DNA of 64,000 bases from Eledone cirrhosa (Eukaryota): positions 357,678,001 through 357,742,000 of the forward strand of contig OZ024741.1 of the NCBI GenBank assembly GCA_964016885.1. The letters are read 5' to 3'. Numbering within the stretch: position 1 is the first letter of the stretch; each line of letters opens with the position of its first letter. The notes under the pieces are model-generated. The model had not been told where the DNA came from and made no database searches. It saw nothing but the letters and a program-made list of their open reading frames with translations. The position numbers were made by a program, and so were the translations under genes. Shown piece after piece: positions 1 to 13,229 of the stretch.

Positions 1-501
1 ATATCATGCCTAATACAAATTGTATCTAATAACTGTATCTAACTGTATCTAATAACAAAATGAATCCAGATAACTAGAAATTAGAGAGACCTTGTGAATA
101 AGCAAAATCCTTAAACTTTGTACAAAATACTTTGTAGAATTTAGTTACAGCTCTTTACATTCTGAGCTCAAATTCTGCTAAAGTCAGCTTTGCTTTTCAT
201 CCTTCCAGGGTCAATAAAATAAAGAGCTAGTCACATAGTGGAGTGTATGTAATCAACTTTCCCTGCTTTACAAATGCTGGTCTTGTGCCTAATTTAGAAA
301 TCTTTATATCTAACCCCTTACAAGGACTTCAATGAACTCAACACTCCAAGCAATAAAGTTTGATGAAGTAGGCACAATCCATTTTGCCTACTTCATTAAA
401 CCTGATAGCTTCTAGGTGAACTGTCTGCAAAATTTAACCTTTTTCATTGCCATATTTCTAATGAGAGACACTGCTTATGATTTCTCATTAGTAAGCTGTT
501 G

Positions 502-686
502 GATTGGCAGTATCGGTAGCGGGTCCGATGCTATGCTTTGTAGCTTAGAGTTACGGCCCTTTGCAGTCTGATTTGAAATCCCACCGAGGTTAACTTTGCC
601 TTTCGTCCTTATGGGGTCGATGAAATAAAGCACCAGTAATACACTGGGATAATTGCTGGCCTTGTGCCAAAAGTAGAAACAATTAT
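502..686 (+). mobile_element. tRNA-derived SINE (family A, (AAT)n tail) with 10-bp TSD
   Basis: A-box TGGCAGTATCGG and degenerate B-box; core AACTTTGCCTTTC.TCCTT..GGGGTCGAT; TAAGCTGTTG duplicated at 492-501 and 687-696. Confidence 0.85.
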
Positions 687-1209
687 TAAGCTGTTGTTTG
701 GAGCATAAAATTATGAGGGAGGCTTTTTTTAGATAAATATAAACTCTTAAAAATGAACAGCTTAGCATCCTAGAGCCATAGATAGTTTCAGAATAGCTAA
801 GAAAAAAGATTCAGTGTTTTGGAAATGGATAGAGTATAATATTAGTAGTATGATGATGTGCGTTATCATTTTGTCCATTTTTCCATGCTTGTACAGATTG
901 GAAGAAACCTGGAGCTTAATCTCAATTTCATGAGCATTGAGAGTACAAGGCTCCTACTCTGGATGGGATGCTAGTCCATAGCAGGGCTAACTCCTGTCTG
1001 CTGCTGCTACTTATTTTCAGCTGAGTGAACTGGAGCGACATGAAATATAGTGCCTTGCTTAAAGACATATTGTGTCACTCAATCTAGAAATTGAAACCAC
1101 ACCCTTATGATCTTTAGCCTAACACCCTAACTATTTGGCCACCGACCTTCATGTGGAGATATGTAGTATCTGAGATAACATTTTATATAAAATATTTAAT
1201 CACATTCGA

Positions 1210-1468
1210 TGTTTGTTTCCTTGAGCAAGACACTTTATTTCACATTGCTCCAGTTTACTCAGCTGTAGAAATGAGATGATAGGGACTGGGGTCCCTATCA
1301 TTCTACTGCAAAGTGGTCGTGGAGGTGCCACGGCAAAAAAGCACCCAGCACTCACTGTAAATGAGGTTGGTGTTAGGAAGGGCATCCAGCTGTAGAAATC
1401 AAGCCAGAATCAGTTCCCGTCCCACCCTTGCAAGCAGGGAAAAGTGGATGTAAAATGAAATGATGAAA
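1210..1468 (+). mobile_element. 5'-truncated copy of SINE family B
   Basis: Nearly identical to the reverse complement of 50866-51122; the matching pseudo-ORFs at 1200-1385 and 50948-51187 reflect this. Confidence 0.85.
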
Positions 1469-1533
1469 CATTAAATTGCAATTCCTAATTTTATGATGAT
1501 AAAAATGTCTCTTTTTTTTGTGTGTTTTTGCAG

Positions 1534-2412
1534 GAAAAACCTAAAGAAAACGGAATTTCAAATAATTTTGATACAGATTATGAGGTAAAAGAAGACGGAA
1601 ATATGTCTGAAGAGAACGGAATGCAAGACGAAGGACACATCTATGCTAACAGCGAGCCTATTGCTCATCCTGTGTATGAGAATGTCAGTGTGAATGGTAA
1701 AGAAGACAATGATGACACTTATGAAAATGTTGTGAAAGAAACGGGTGGTGACCAGGAGGTTAGTGTTACACTCAAGACGGAAGATGCTGGTCCTGTGTAT
1801 GACACTTTACCCTCTCTGCAGGTAGAGGTAGATAACAATAACGATGAAGATGACATCGTTGTTGTTTCTATGGATGAGATGGTTGTTCATGATGTTGGAA
1901 AAGAGGATGAACCAGTGGGAGAGGCAACACCTGAAGAGGCTGCTTCTGAGGTAACAGAAGAGGATAATGCTATTGAGGCAGAAGTTGAGATAGAAATTGC
2001 ACATACTCAAGAGGAAGAACCGCCCAAATCTCCCTCTCATAGCCGTAGCAATAGTGCCAGTCCTACAGAAAGACCTGCAAGCCCAACTCCAGCTAGTGAT
2101 GAAGAACAACACCATGAACCAAATATCTGTCATAGCCCAAGCCCAAGTATGTCCGATGAGGAAACGGCCAACATTGCTGCTGGGATATCAACTTCAGATC
2201 ATGAAGAAACACGCCGTGATAGTCATGGTTCAATGCACAGCCCGGTCCCGACTCCAACTCCCCGAAAAAGAACTAGTCTGTGTCATGGTAAAGGTCCTGA
2301 ATTTGAATTGAATAAAGAAGCATGTCGAAGCCCTAGTCCTAAGGATCCTAGTATCAGCTCTGAAGGAAGAAATACACGTAGCCCTAGCCCTGATGATATG
2401 ATAATACACCAG
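1534..2412 (+). CDS. Internal coding exon (293 codons, phase 0/0) of an unidentified gene; acidic, probably disordered region with YENV/YDTL motifs and SP repeats
   Basis: Polypyrimidine tract plus CAG acceptor ends at 1533; GTAAGC donor at 2413; 879 nt open and in frame (EKPKENG...MIIHQ); composition is protein-like and unlike the surrounding repeats. Confidence 0.9.
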
Positions 2413-2454
2413 GTAAGCTCTTTTATTTCTTTATTTATTTTTTTACTTATTTCA

Positions 2455-2740
2455 GTCAAACACTGTGGCCATGCTGGGGCACGGTACTTATTTTACCAAT
2501 CTTTCTTTTTGTCAAACCACTAAGTTATAGGACATAAACACAGACACAAACATAAATACAGGCAAGGACACACGCACACACATGACAGGCCTCTGCAGTT
2601 CCCGTCTACTGAATTCCTCTCATAAGGTATTGGTCAATCTGATTCTATAATAGAGGAAACTTGCCCAAAGTGCCACACAGCAGGACGGAACTCAGAACAA
2701 CATGGTTGTGAAGCAAACTCCTTAACTGCTCAGCCATACC
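2455..2740 (-). mobile_element. tRNA-derived SINE (family C); relatives at ~6825-6975, 40678-40830, 45440-45710 and 63268-63410
   Basis: ATGGCTG.GTGGTTAAG...GGCAC.TTGGGCAAGT...GGTAGA.GGAAACT pattern followed by a (TG)n segment. Confidence 0.7.
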
Positions 2741-4265
2741 TATACCTATTTATTTCTTTTTAAAATTAATCGTAAAATCAAGAAAGACTTTGGAAAGTCG
2801 CTTAAGCATTGAATTATATTTTAGTTTATTTCTTAAATTCAAGAGAATGTTTGTTTAACCCTTAAGCATTTAACCGGCCATATCCAACCAGAATTCTCTC
2901 ACCTTTTTCTGTTCAAACTGGCTACAACTGGCCACTCATGCATATGTTAAGGGATTGTTCTGAAAATAAATAATAAACAAAATCTCGTAGATTCGATATT
3001 ATGTGAGATAAAGTGTTTATCATGAAAATACTATAGTAAATACAGAGTAATGTAAATGCTAAAGGGTTAAAGTAGTGGTTCCCAAATATATTTTGTCACA
3101 GAACCTGTATGCAAATTCTCCCAAAATTGCAGAACCTATGTTTTATATTTTGCATGCAATCTCCATTTCAACTTTTAAAATAAGATGTTAAAAATGAAAC
3201 CAAAATTGTTTTACTGAGACAATTTATTCATGTATATAAAAAAATAATAAAAACTTTAATAAAATTTGGAATGTGTGCATCGCAACATAAACAACCAATC
3301 ACTATAAATAATTATTTATATTTAACTACTGTTATAATAGTTAAGAAAAACTAGACAAAGGTGCCTCTGTCCATACACTTTCACTTTATATTTCCTGGTA
3401 TTTGAGTGTTAAAGCCTCTTTATTCAAAAAAGAAAATAAGGAATATAATGTTAGTTTAAACTGTTATTTTGGTTTGTTTTACTTTACTCAAGTTTTCAAT
3501 CTTTTTATTTGATATGCATTGTACTGGCCTTCCCAAAACCACTTTAAAAACGTAAATATTAGTTTGAAGTAATTATTTTCTATTAAAACTTTATCTCAAT
3601 ATTCTAAGGATCCAATTCTATTGCAGTTTAGCGTTGTAAATCATACAATCTTGTAACAATACCTAATAAATAAAATTATTCAATGCACTGAAAGCTTTGC
3701 AGAGTTATTTCCCTTGGCTTATTGTTACTTAAGTCATTTTAGCAAGATTATTCTAATAACTATTGTCGACTTGCCATTGAGTTATGGGCTGAAGCACCCA
3801 AATGAACATAGGACATCATCTGATGGCACCAGTTCCTTGCGGTCAAGGTTATATTCATCAAAGGTGAATGAATGCGAGGTTTCATCTTTAAGATGTAATT
3901 ATCCTTATCCTCTATTCTGTAATAGTCTGTGAATGCAGTTTTTAGTATTAAATAACATTTAATGACAGGCATTAAATAGCATTTCAAATCTTTATCAATG
4001 TGAGTTTAAAATAGAAATGAAAAAGGACCAAAAATATTTCACCTCATCACAAATATATAGTAAATGTAAACACACAAACACACATGTGTATATATATCAC
4101 CATCACCAACTTCGTTTAACACATATATATGTATACATCTAATATATTCATATCTCTTCTGCTTCTCTTTATTTATCTTCATTTCAATCTCTTTCTATCT
4201 TCCTAGTATGACATACATTTCATATTTCTTGTTAGACATATATTTCACACACATGCGCATGTGTG

Positions 4266-4307
<42 letters not shown>

Positions 4308-4399
4308 CAGAGAAAGATGGACTTTACAGGGGGAACAAATAAGTTAAGATATTTCAACCATGTATTATATCTTATTTCATAATTGTTTTCTTTTTCCGT

Positions 4400-5300
4400 T
4401 GCTCTGCCTTTAAAAATGTTCAACTCCATATCCTAGCATCATCATTTGATAAAAGGAGAGACAAGTTGATTCATATGACATAGAGGACAATTGGAAATTC
4501 TTACATGATAACCTTTTGCGAGCTACTGATGAGACCAGTGGCTAGCACTCAGCCAGACAGATGGTGACCAGGTAGGGGAACAGCATAGAGGATAGAGCCA
4601 TTAAAGCCAAGAAACAGGCGTGAATGACTGGTATACATAGCTTGGAAAGGGGTTGAAGAAAGAAAGTTTGCCAATGTCTTGCGATGTGAGGACCAGTTGT
4701 TAAGTGTTCCACAATGCAAGGCAGTGTGTTAGAAATAACACTGGTACACTTAGTACCACTAGTGCTCAAAAGGAAAAGGCCTGGAAATGTTAGTATGAGA
4801 GGCTAATGAATGTAGTGAATGAATAGGGGAGAGATTACTCCCACCTTACAAAACAGTGGGACCAGTTATTGAAATTGACAGTTATAGGATCAAAGAAGCA
4901 ATCAAGGATATGAAGAATGGTAAAGTTGCAGGACCGTCAGAGATAGTTGCTGAGATGCTGAAAGCATTGGGAGAAGTAGGAACTGAACTAGTAATCTGCA
5001 TCAGGTAATACAGGTGTCATACCCAATGACTGGTGCAGCAGTACAGTCATAAATTGCTACAAGGGGAAAATGTGATGCTCTAGAAAGGTGCAACTACAGG
5101 CAAATAAAACTAATGGACCAAGTTATGAAAGTGACAGAAAGAGTTCTAACACAGCTAATTAGGGAAAAAGTCAAATTAGATGAAATGCAGCTCAATTTTG
5201 TGCCTGGGAAAAATACTACAGATGCCCACTTCTTAATGAGAAAACTACAAGAGCTGTTCCTAGCCAAGAATAAGCTGCTATATTTAGCTTTTATTGATCT
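4400..5300 (+). mobile_element. Degenerate RTE-clade LINE fragment (linker and N-terminal RT)
   Basis: Remnant motifs MKNGKVAGPS, YKGK...NYR and MQLNFVPGKNTTDA...LYLAFIDL, with stops and frameshifts. Confidence 0.85.
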
Positions 5301-5494
5301 AATTTTGTGTGGTGATTACTTGCTGGAGATGCCCATATGCTTATTGTATATAAACATATATGTGTTTTTATGTCTTGTATACTTCAATTATGCTTAAATT
5401 ATGCTCTTCAATTATGCTTAAAAGCTATTTTGGTGCTACCACCAATTAAATATAACCTGCCAACTTAGCACTATATGCAAATGACCACATCCAG

Positions 5495-6045
5495 CCATGT
5501 GTGTGCAGGAGAGAAGGTTGCATTGGTATGGACATGTGATGCATACGAAGGATGACAGCTGCGTAAAAAGGTGCAGAGCACTATAAGTCGATGGATGCCT
5601 TGGAGTGGGGAGACCCAAGAAGACCTGGGATGAGGTGATAAAAGCTGACCTTGCCCAATTGCACCTCTCAAAAACGATGACACAGGACCGAGACCTCTGG
5701 CGTTATGCAGTAATACAGAAGACCCGACTTCCCATGGGTACAAGCTGAAGCATATAGACAATATGACCCCACCGCCTCCCACTGCAAAGTGGTCGTGGAG
5801 GTGTCACGACAAAAAAGCACCCAGTCCACACTGTAGAGTGACCATGTAGGCGCCACAGTAAAAAAAAGCACCCAGTACTCACTGTAAATGAGGTTGGTGT
5901 TAGGAAGGGCATCCAGCTGTAGAAATCAAGCCAGAATCAGGTCTCGTATGAGCAAGGCATGATCACCCAACCTAGCATTGCCCACAACAGGACAACCCAT
6001 TTAACCCATGCTAGCGTGGAAGAATGGATGTAAAACACTGGTGAT
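5495..6045 (+). mobile_element. RTE LINE 3' end (ORF C-terminus, 3' UTR and tail)
   Basis: VQERRLHWYGHVMHTKDDSC...GRPKKTWDEV; highly similar to 7780-8200. Confidence 0.9.
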
Positions 6046-6229
6046 ATATATATACACACATTTAACAAATTTTTCTCTCAAGCATTGGTCACCTCATTGC
6101 TATAAGAGAAGACACTTATTGATGGTGCCACACAGCCACAACTGCACTTATACAGCAGTTGTTTTTCTTTAAAACATCTTCCTTATCCTTGTAATATATT
6201 TGTTGACTTTACAGGGGTTAGTGACTGTA

Positions 6230-6522
6230 ACATGTTTGTTCACACTCAGAGTTGCTGAAGCATGGAACAAACTACCTGCATCAGTGGTTAGCTGTCAGGA
6301 CATTGCATCCTTCAAAACCTCCATGCTTCCCAAAATTCACCAACACTACACTCGATATTCCACCTCCATACACACACACGCGCATGTATCTGTGTGTGTA
6401 TATCATGACTCGTATACTGTTCACTTTCCTGACATTTGTACATTGTTCTGTGTACTATACATGCACCTTTGATGAGTTGTAGTGCACCTGAGCACTGTAC
6501 ACAATAATTTCATTATTATTAT
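6230..6522 (+). mobile_element. CR1/L2-like LINE 3' end; its 3' UTR recurs at ~52540-52664
   Basis: FTLRVAEAWNKLPASVV...ASFK C-terminal motif; 3' stem-loop GTAGTGCACCTGAGCACTGTAC and (ATT)n tail. Confidence 0.8.
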
Positions 6523-7037
6523 TTTATCTAAAAAACCTTTCACTATAATTTTATGTAAGAGCCTTTGTTGTGTTACAAACACCAGATAAATAATGATTTT
6601 TAATTTTGGCACAAGGCCTGCAATTTTGAGAGAAGTGAAAGTTGAATATATTGATCCCAGTAATTTATTTCATTGACTCCTGAAAGGATGAAAGGCAAAG
6701 CTGAAGACAGCAGAATTCAAGCTCAGAACATAAAGGGCCATAACTAAATGTTGCAAAATGTTTTATCCAACAATTCACTGGGGTGATAGTGGCAGGATAA
6801 AAACAACTGCTATAAAAGTGCAGTCATGGCTGTGTGGTTAAGTAATCGCAACCACATTGTTCTGGGTTTAGTTCTGCTGTGTGGCACCGTCAACAAGTTT
6901 CATCTCTTTAAGCAGCAGAGTGATTAATGGTCAAGAGAGAAATTTGATAAATGGAAAGTATGTGGAAGCCTGTCATGTGTGCTCAAACAATTCTGACAAT
7001 CCACTGCACTAACACTAGATGAATAATGAGAAAGTTA

Positions 7038-8224
7038 TAAAACCGGATGCCCATGGGAACTCCTGTATGCAGATGACCTCGCACTTATAGCTGAATCTAT
7101 GGTAGAACTAGGGAAGAAATTCCAAACTTGGAAGCAGGGACTAGAAAGAAAGGGTCTCAAAGTCAACCTGACAAAGACTAAGGTCCTTGTAAGTAGACGA
7201 GAAAACAGAACCCAGATCCCCTGAGGGAAATGGCCTTGCTCAGTATGTAGGAAAGGTGTAGGTAGGAACTCCATTCTCTGCCCCAAATGCAAACAATGGG
7301 TACACGAGATGTAGCAGGATCTCAGGAAGCTTAACTAAGAATGAGGCTTCACATGTAGCAGCTGTGCTGGGACAGCAAGCAGCAAACAGTCACAGGAAAC
7401 AAGTACCACCAAACTCTGAGAAGGCTCTGTAGAAACAGTAGACAGCTTCTGCTACCTAGGTGACTCAATTAGCAGCAGAGATGGGTGTTTGGAAAGTACA
7501 ATAACTAGGGTAAGAACGGGATGGAAGAAGTTCAGGGAGCTACTACCACTGCTAGCTGCAAAAGGCTTTTCCCTCAAAATGAAAGGCAGACTGTATGATG
7601 TGTGTATACGAACAGCAATGTTACATAGTAGTGAGACATGGGCGCTGAAGTTGAAAGACTTGCATAGATTAGAAAGAAACGAAGCCTGCATGCTCCGATG
7701 GATGTGTAATAGTAGTATACGTGAACGGCAAAGCATAAACGAATTGAGAGAGAGACTGAGCATAAGAGGAATCAAATGCTGTGTGCAGGAGAGGCGGTTG
7801 CTTTGGTATGGACATGTGATGCGTATGAAGGATAACAGCTGCATAAAAAGGTGCAGAGCACTAGAAGTCGGTGGGGAGACCCAGGGTGACCTGCGATGAG
7901 GTGATAAAAGCCGACCTTACCCAATTACACCTCTCAAAGGCGATGACACACGACCATGACCTCTGGCGTCATGCAGTAATACAGAAGACCCGACCCCCTC
8001 ACGGGTACAAGCTGAAGCATATAGACAATATGCCCCCACACCCTCCTACTGCAAAGTGGTCGTGGAGGTACCACAGCAAAAAAGCACCCAGCCCACACTG
8101 TAAAGTGGACGTGTAGGCACCATGGAAAAAAGCACCCAGCACTCACTGTAAATGAGGTTGGTGTTAGGAAGGCCATCCAGCTGTAAAAATCAAGCAAGAA
8201 CGGATGTAAAACGGTGATGATGAT
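7038..8224 (+). mobile_element. 5'-truncated RTE LINE (RT YADD, Cys-rich domain, C-terminus, 3' UTR, TGA tail) inserted in an AT-rich MITE
   Basis: PWELLYADDLAL, KVNLTKTK, WKKFRELLPLL, RLLWYGHVMR; flanks AATAATGAGAAAGTTATA and TTAAATCTTTCAAAATTCTTG belong to the TTAA MITE family 2. Confidence 0.92.
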
Positions 8225-8433
8225 ATTAAATCTTTCAAAATTCTTGATTCTTTTTAAAATTATTTGAAAATTCTAGGTAGTGTCTTTTATTGGAAATATC
8301 ATAAGAAAGAGTTAGCAGCAGGTATAGATGTAGATTTTTCTCATGTGCCACCTCAGAAGTTGTTGATTATTTTTCCAATAGAAAAGCAAATGATCTCGCT
8401 CTGTTGAAACTATATCAAACATCTGTTACTCCC

Positions 8434-8467
<34 letters not shown>

Positions 8468-9229
8468 GTATCGCAGTTTATGGAATCAATTTCATTAATC
8501 ATTGATTTGATGTTTACTAAAAATTTGTCACCGGTTATGATTATTTTTCGTCATTATTCTTCAGCTGTCTCATGTTCGTAGAGTTTCCCAGTTTATATAA
8601 ATTATTAGCTGCTTGAAAGGACTCCATTTTAATTTTTTAGATTCTATTCAGTTATATTTCACTTAACAGCTGCTTCACTGATCTGGCTACTCATTAATAA
8701 TCAGTACTCATTCCACAAACATGAATCGAAGGTTATCACTGGATTGGAGTATTTTTACTTCATAGGATTTACTACTGGTTAAATTTCATCATTATTTCAT
8801 AATTTAGGGAGAAAAAAAATTGCATTACTTTTCAATTTATTTTCATCTGTGCCACTTATTCTCTCCCCTTGTTTTACAATAATCTGTATAAAAAATATTT
8901 CTAATCTTCAACAAAATTTACGACAATGTAATAATTATATACAAATAATTTGTATATAGACATAATAATGTAACTACACACATACACACACACTCACACA
9001 CATATATAGACATCATTTTAACATCTGTTTTCCCTGGAATGGAGAGTATATATATATATGACAATATACTTAGTATATGCTAGCATGGAAAGCAGACATT
9101 AAAATGACAATGATATAATGTCAGGATTTTACCATTTTAAATCAGTAAGTAGAGTGGTAGAGTACTCGTTACTTGGGATAGTAGGGTGTAAACATAGTAG
9201 AGCTCAGTCATTGGGCCCCCAACTCTCTA

Positions 9230-9266
<37 letters not shown>

Positions 9267-10332
9267 GCAATACATTAAGTATAAATCTATACTTAGCAGC
9301 TCTGATTATAGTTAGTTTAGTTAGACCAGGCCAAGGCGAGAGCAAGTTCCCTATTCTACATTGCTTTTTTTCCATCATTACCATCTTAAATTCCTGGATA
9401 ACTTCTAGGACAGTATCCTGCTTCAGGATATGCCAGTGTATGATTATAAATGTTCTAATTAATATTGAAAAACAAAATTACAATTCTATAGCTGAGATTT
9501 TTTTTGTTCTTTTTGTATTCTATATTGTTGATTTGCCATCTGCCAGGAGAGAAAATGCTATTTAAAAAAATAGTACGGATTTGGTATTTATAGAAACTAA
9601 TATTGAAATGAAGCTATCATTAAATGCATAATATTGATCTTTCTAAAAGGGAGTTTTATCTTTCTGTTTACAAAAACAAAATTCTTTCTAATCAATAGAT
9701 AATACATTTTCGTTGACAATGTATTTTTTGTTTAAAATATACAAAAATAAATACTGAAATCAATGTAAAGAAAATTATTGCTTCATTAAGAGTATGGTGG
9801 GTTGGGTGGGAATGTATGAAAAAGACAGAAGTAACAATTTAGTTGCAAAATGAAACTATTATTAATTCTATAAAAGTAATCTGAGAAATTTTTCCCTGGT
9901 GGAATCATGACATTTTAAGCATTTTCTGTTGATTTGCAGCTTCTTCTTTTTCTTCTTCTTCTTCTTCTTCTTCTTCTTCTTCTGTCTGTTCTTCTCCTCC
10001 TCTTTGTCCCTCATCATTATTTTCTCTGATATAATAATAATAAAAACTCAAATATGAGAACTGAAAATGTAACATTTCAAAAAAAAAAAAAAAAAGGAAA
10101 GTGTTATATTTATGTGTATAAAGCTATTAGAATAGATCAGTAAAGTAGCTTTAGAAATATACTGATGTATGTTGTTACTTCATTTAAGACTTCTGAATGA
10201 AAAATGAGCTTCAAAACAAGAGAGAGAACAAAAACAAAAAAATATTCTAGACTATCGATTAGTACTTCCTTTTTTTTTTTTGAAACAGGAAACTACAGCA
10301 TCAGTTGAAAATAAAATCTATTTGCCTTATTA

Positions 10333-10728
10333 ATGAATATCTTAGGTTTATCGAGGTTTCTTAGTATCCATTCTAGCATGGACCAAGTAAATTTTAATGC
10401 CAATAGTAGTAGCTCCCAAAGATTATCTTTGGGGGCTAAAATTGCTGCTGTAGTTCGTACAGATAATGATGGCAATGTTATTGTAGACAGACCTTTCTCA
10501 AAATCACAATGCCGATTAGAAAATGAATTTCTTGAAACTAGAAAAGCTCCATTGAAACCCTCCGTTTGGAAAAGGGACTTGTATCATGCACAAATATCTG
10601 ATCCGTTCCACTCACATGCAAAAATCCACAAAATAATTCATCCCCCAAATTCATTCTTTTGGAGAACAAAATCTATCTACCAAAATAATCACAAGAAAAA
10701 AACAAATACCATAAAAAATGTTAAAGAG
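10333..10728 (+). CDS. Probable alternative exon (132 codons from ATG 10333, phase-0 donor); possibly an alternative first coding exon
   Basis: Non-repetitive ORF MNILGLSRF...KNVKE ends at AG|GTAAGG (10729). A strong T-rich acceptor (TTTTTTTTTTTGAAACAG) ends at 10288. Phase is compatible with exon 33618. Confidence 0.55.
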
Positions 10729-13229
10729 GTAAGGTTTTTATTATTTTTTTCTATTCCATCGTTTGGTCTTATATTAAATTTCCACATGATTATCATACAA
10801 GTGACACTTTAGTCTCAATGTTTATAAGCTTTTTTTTTTTTTGTTTTTTTTTCTGACAAACTAGGACTATGTAATGATTATATTCTATTATGTCATGGAC
10901 ATGTTTCTTTTCCTGTTGTTATTGGTTTAGAGTAACACATTTATTTATCTCTCCACACTCCATTCTCTTTCCTGTCTGCTGAGGACATTTGCAAATTTAC
11001 AAAATTAACTTTCAACATCCTGTATTGCATGAAACCGCATTAGCAAAACATTGGTAGAAAGTATTAAACTGCATTATGGCTGCATCACATTAAAAATTAA
11101 AGACTTTACTCTGATACTGCAAATTTTCACATAAATTTCTTCAGTAGTAAGCAAAGTACTTTTAACTCTTGATGGAGTCATGGTATATATTGGCCATTTA
11201 AAACTTGATGGAGCCCATCCCTCTCCAGATCATAACGCAACTGATTTTTCCAGAGGAAGATTCAACCTCAGTGCTAGACTGGTACTTTATTTATTAACCT
11301 TGAAGGGATGAAAGGCAAAGTTGACCTTAGTGAGATTTGAACTCAGAGCACAGTGAGCTAAAACAAATACTGAAACATTTTTAATCTGATGCCCTAACAA
11401 CTCCACTAATTCATAAACATACTATATATGTAAACATTTAAATTAACAAACCTATATTTAGGTATTTTCTGCTAAATCATTTCAGCATGTTTTTATCAGA
11501 AAAAATTACCCTAGGAAGAGCTGGAAGTGGGTTGCATTTATATTTTAGGGCTAAACTGCAGAATAAGTCTAGAAACTTTTTATTTTTTATTTCTCAGCCA
11601 GGCAGTCTGAGGCAAACAGTAATGTCTTGTTTAGAGCCACAATACCATTGCTGAAGCCTGGTTTGAACTTCTGACCTCAGCACAGTTACTGTCCATCATA
11701 TTACACCACAGAAAAATATTGATGGCAATTACGAACAACATTTTCCTTCCTTTCTCTCTTATCATCATCATTTAACATCTGTTTTCCCTGCTATATATGT
11801 GTGATAATGAATATGAATTTCTGTGCATATGTCAGCTGGCTTTCTGGCTTCGTCAATTATAAGTATTGTACTTATGTATTAAAGTAAATAAACTGCAAAA
11901 TCAAATGTCATTGCAAATTCATATCATTATCTAATCACAAAAGAAATTTTAACTTTTAATTATAAACAATTCGCTACACTGTCTGCTCCTAAAATAGGTA
12001 ATGTAGCATATTGGAGAGTCAATAAAAAAAAAATAAATGTTTTATTTGAAAATTATTATAGGTTCGAATCTCATCAAGAGCTGTCCTGGACTGTTTCAAT
12101 CATGTCTTTGCTTAATACTGGTTCATATTCTAACTTTACTTAAATTGGGTGTCGCCATTTTGTAGAAAATAAACATTGTTGTATTAAATTAAATGAATAT
12201 GATGATGCAAGTTCATATCATTTGCATGTCAGAAATGTAGTTTTCCCTTTTCATATATTTGTAGATATTAGTAGATATATTATGAAATATGTTTGCACAT
12301 AAACACACACTCACACATACACACATGCTTATACTTGCAAATAAGCACCCAGTGGGTTATTTTTGTATAACTGGCTCCCTGGGAACCTCAGAGATATTCT
12401 GAATTTTATGTGTTGGAACTTATAAATGGAGAGCAAATGCTTATAGCTTCCTCTTGTATTCTAACATAGGAGATGTGATTGTATTTTTAATTACTATCGA
12501 AAGAATAAATTAGTTTGAAATAATAGTGTTGTAGTTAGTGAGATAATCTAGTTGTAAATAGCATACATTAACAAAGTGATTATTTTCAGTAACTATTAAA
12601 GGGAATTACATAAACATATATAAGATTTTATTTGTATGATATATAATTATCTACTGGGTGTCAGTTTGTGTTTAATTAGACCTGGTAATTAATCTTCAGT
12701 ATTTATTTTCTCGTATTGTAGTGTTAACTTTTAATGGGAGGGGTATCTAGTTTGTGGCTGTATTGATGTGCAAGTAATGCACCACCCTGTAATTTGTCTA
12801 ATGCAGCTGCAATTTTCATGTAGACATATAGATTTGTCGACAACTCTATGTAGTGGCAGGTTGAGTGAAGACTTGTTCCACAACAAGTTTTTTACCGATC
12901 ATATATTTTGTAAATGAAGTGGATAGACTTAACCAGCCACCTGGTTTAACTCCGCCTTCAGGGCCTTAAACAGAGTTCACTCTGTTGCAAGCATTTCAAC
13001 CTCCTCTCCATTCCAACAGTCTTGGAAGTTCTGAAAAGCGTTATAAGTACTTCCTTCCCTCCCTGCTAAACAGCAAAAAAAGAAATAAATCTAAACCCTT
13101 TGAAATACATATCATCTAAGTTAATTCTTTTTCTAATAATTTGTGTTATAACTCTTTTTGTTGCTTTCATAACTTGATCTATTAATTTGATGTCTCTTAG
13201 CATCTATTTTGCTCTTGTAGCAGTTATTG

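Noticed and set aside
1807-2311. Alternative-frame and antisense ORFs inside the large exon
   Set aside because: Shadows of the real exon, with no splice or compositional support.
3714-3987. 72-75-aa ORFs in a moderately complex patch downstream of a hAT-like TAGTGGTTCCCAA end (~3074)
   Set aside because: No phase-compatible splice pair, no recognisable domain and no matching second TIR found.
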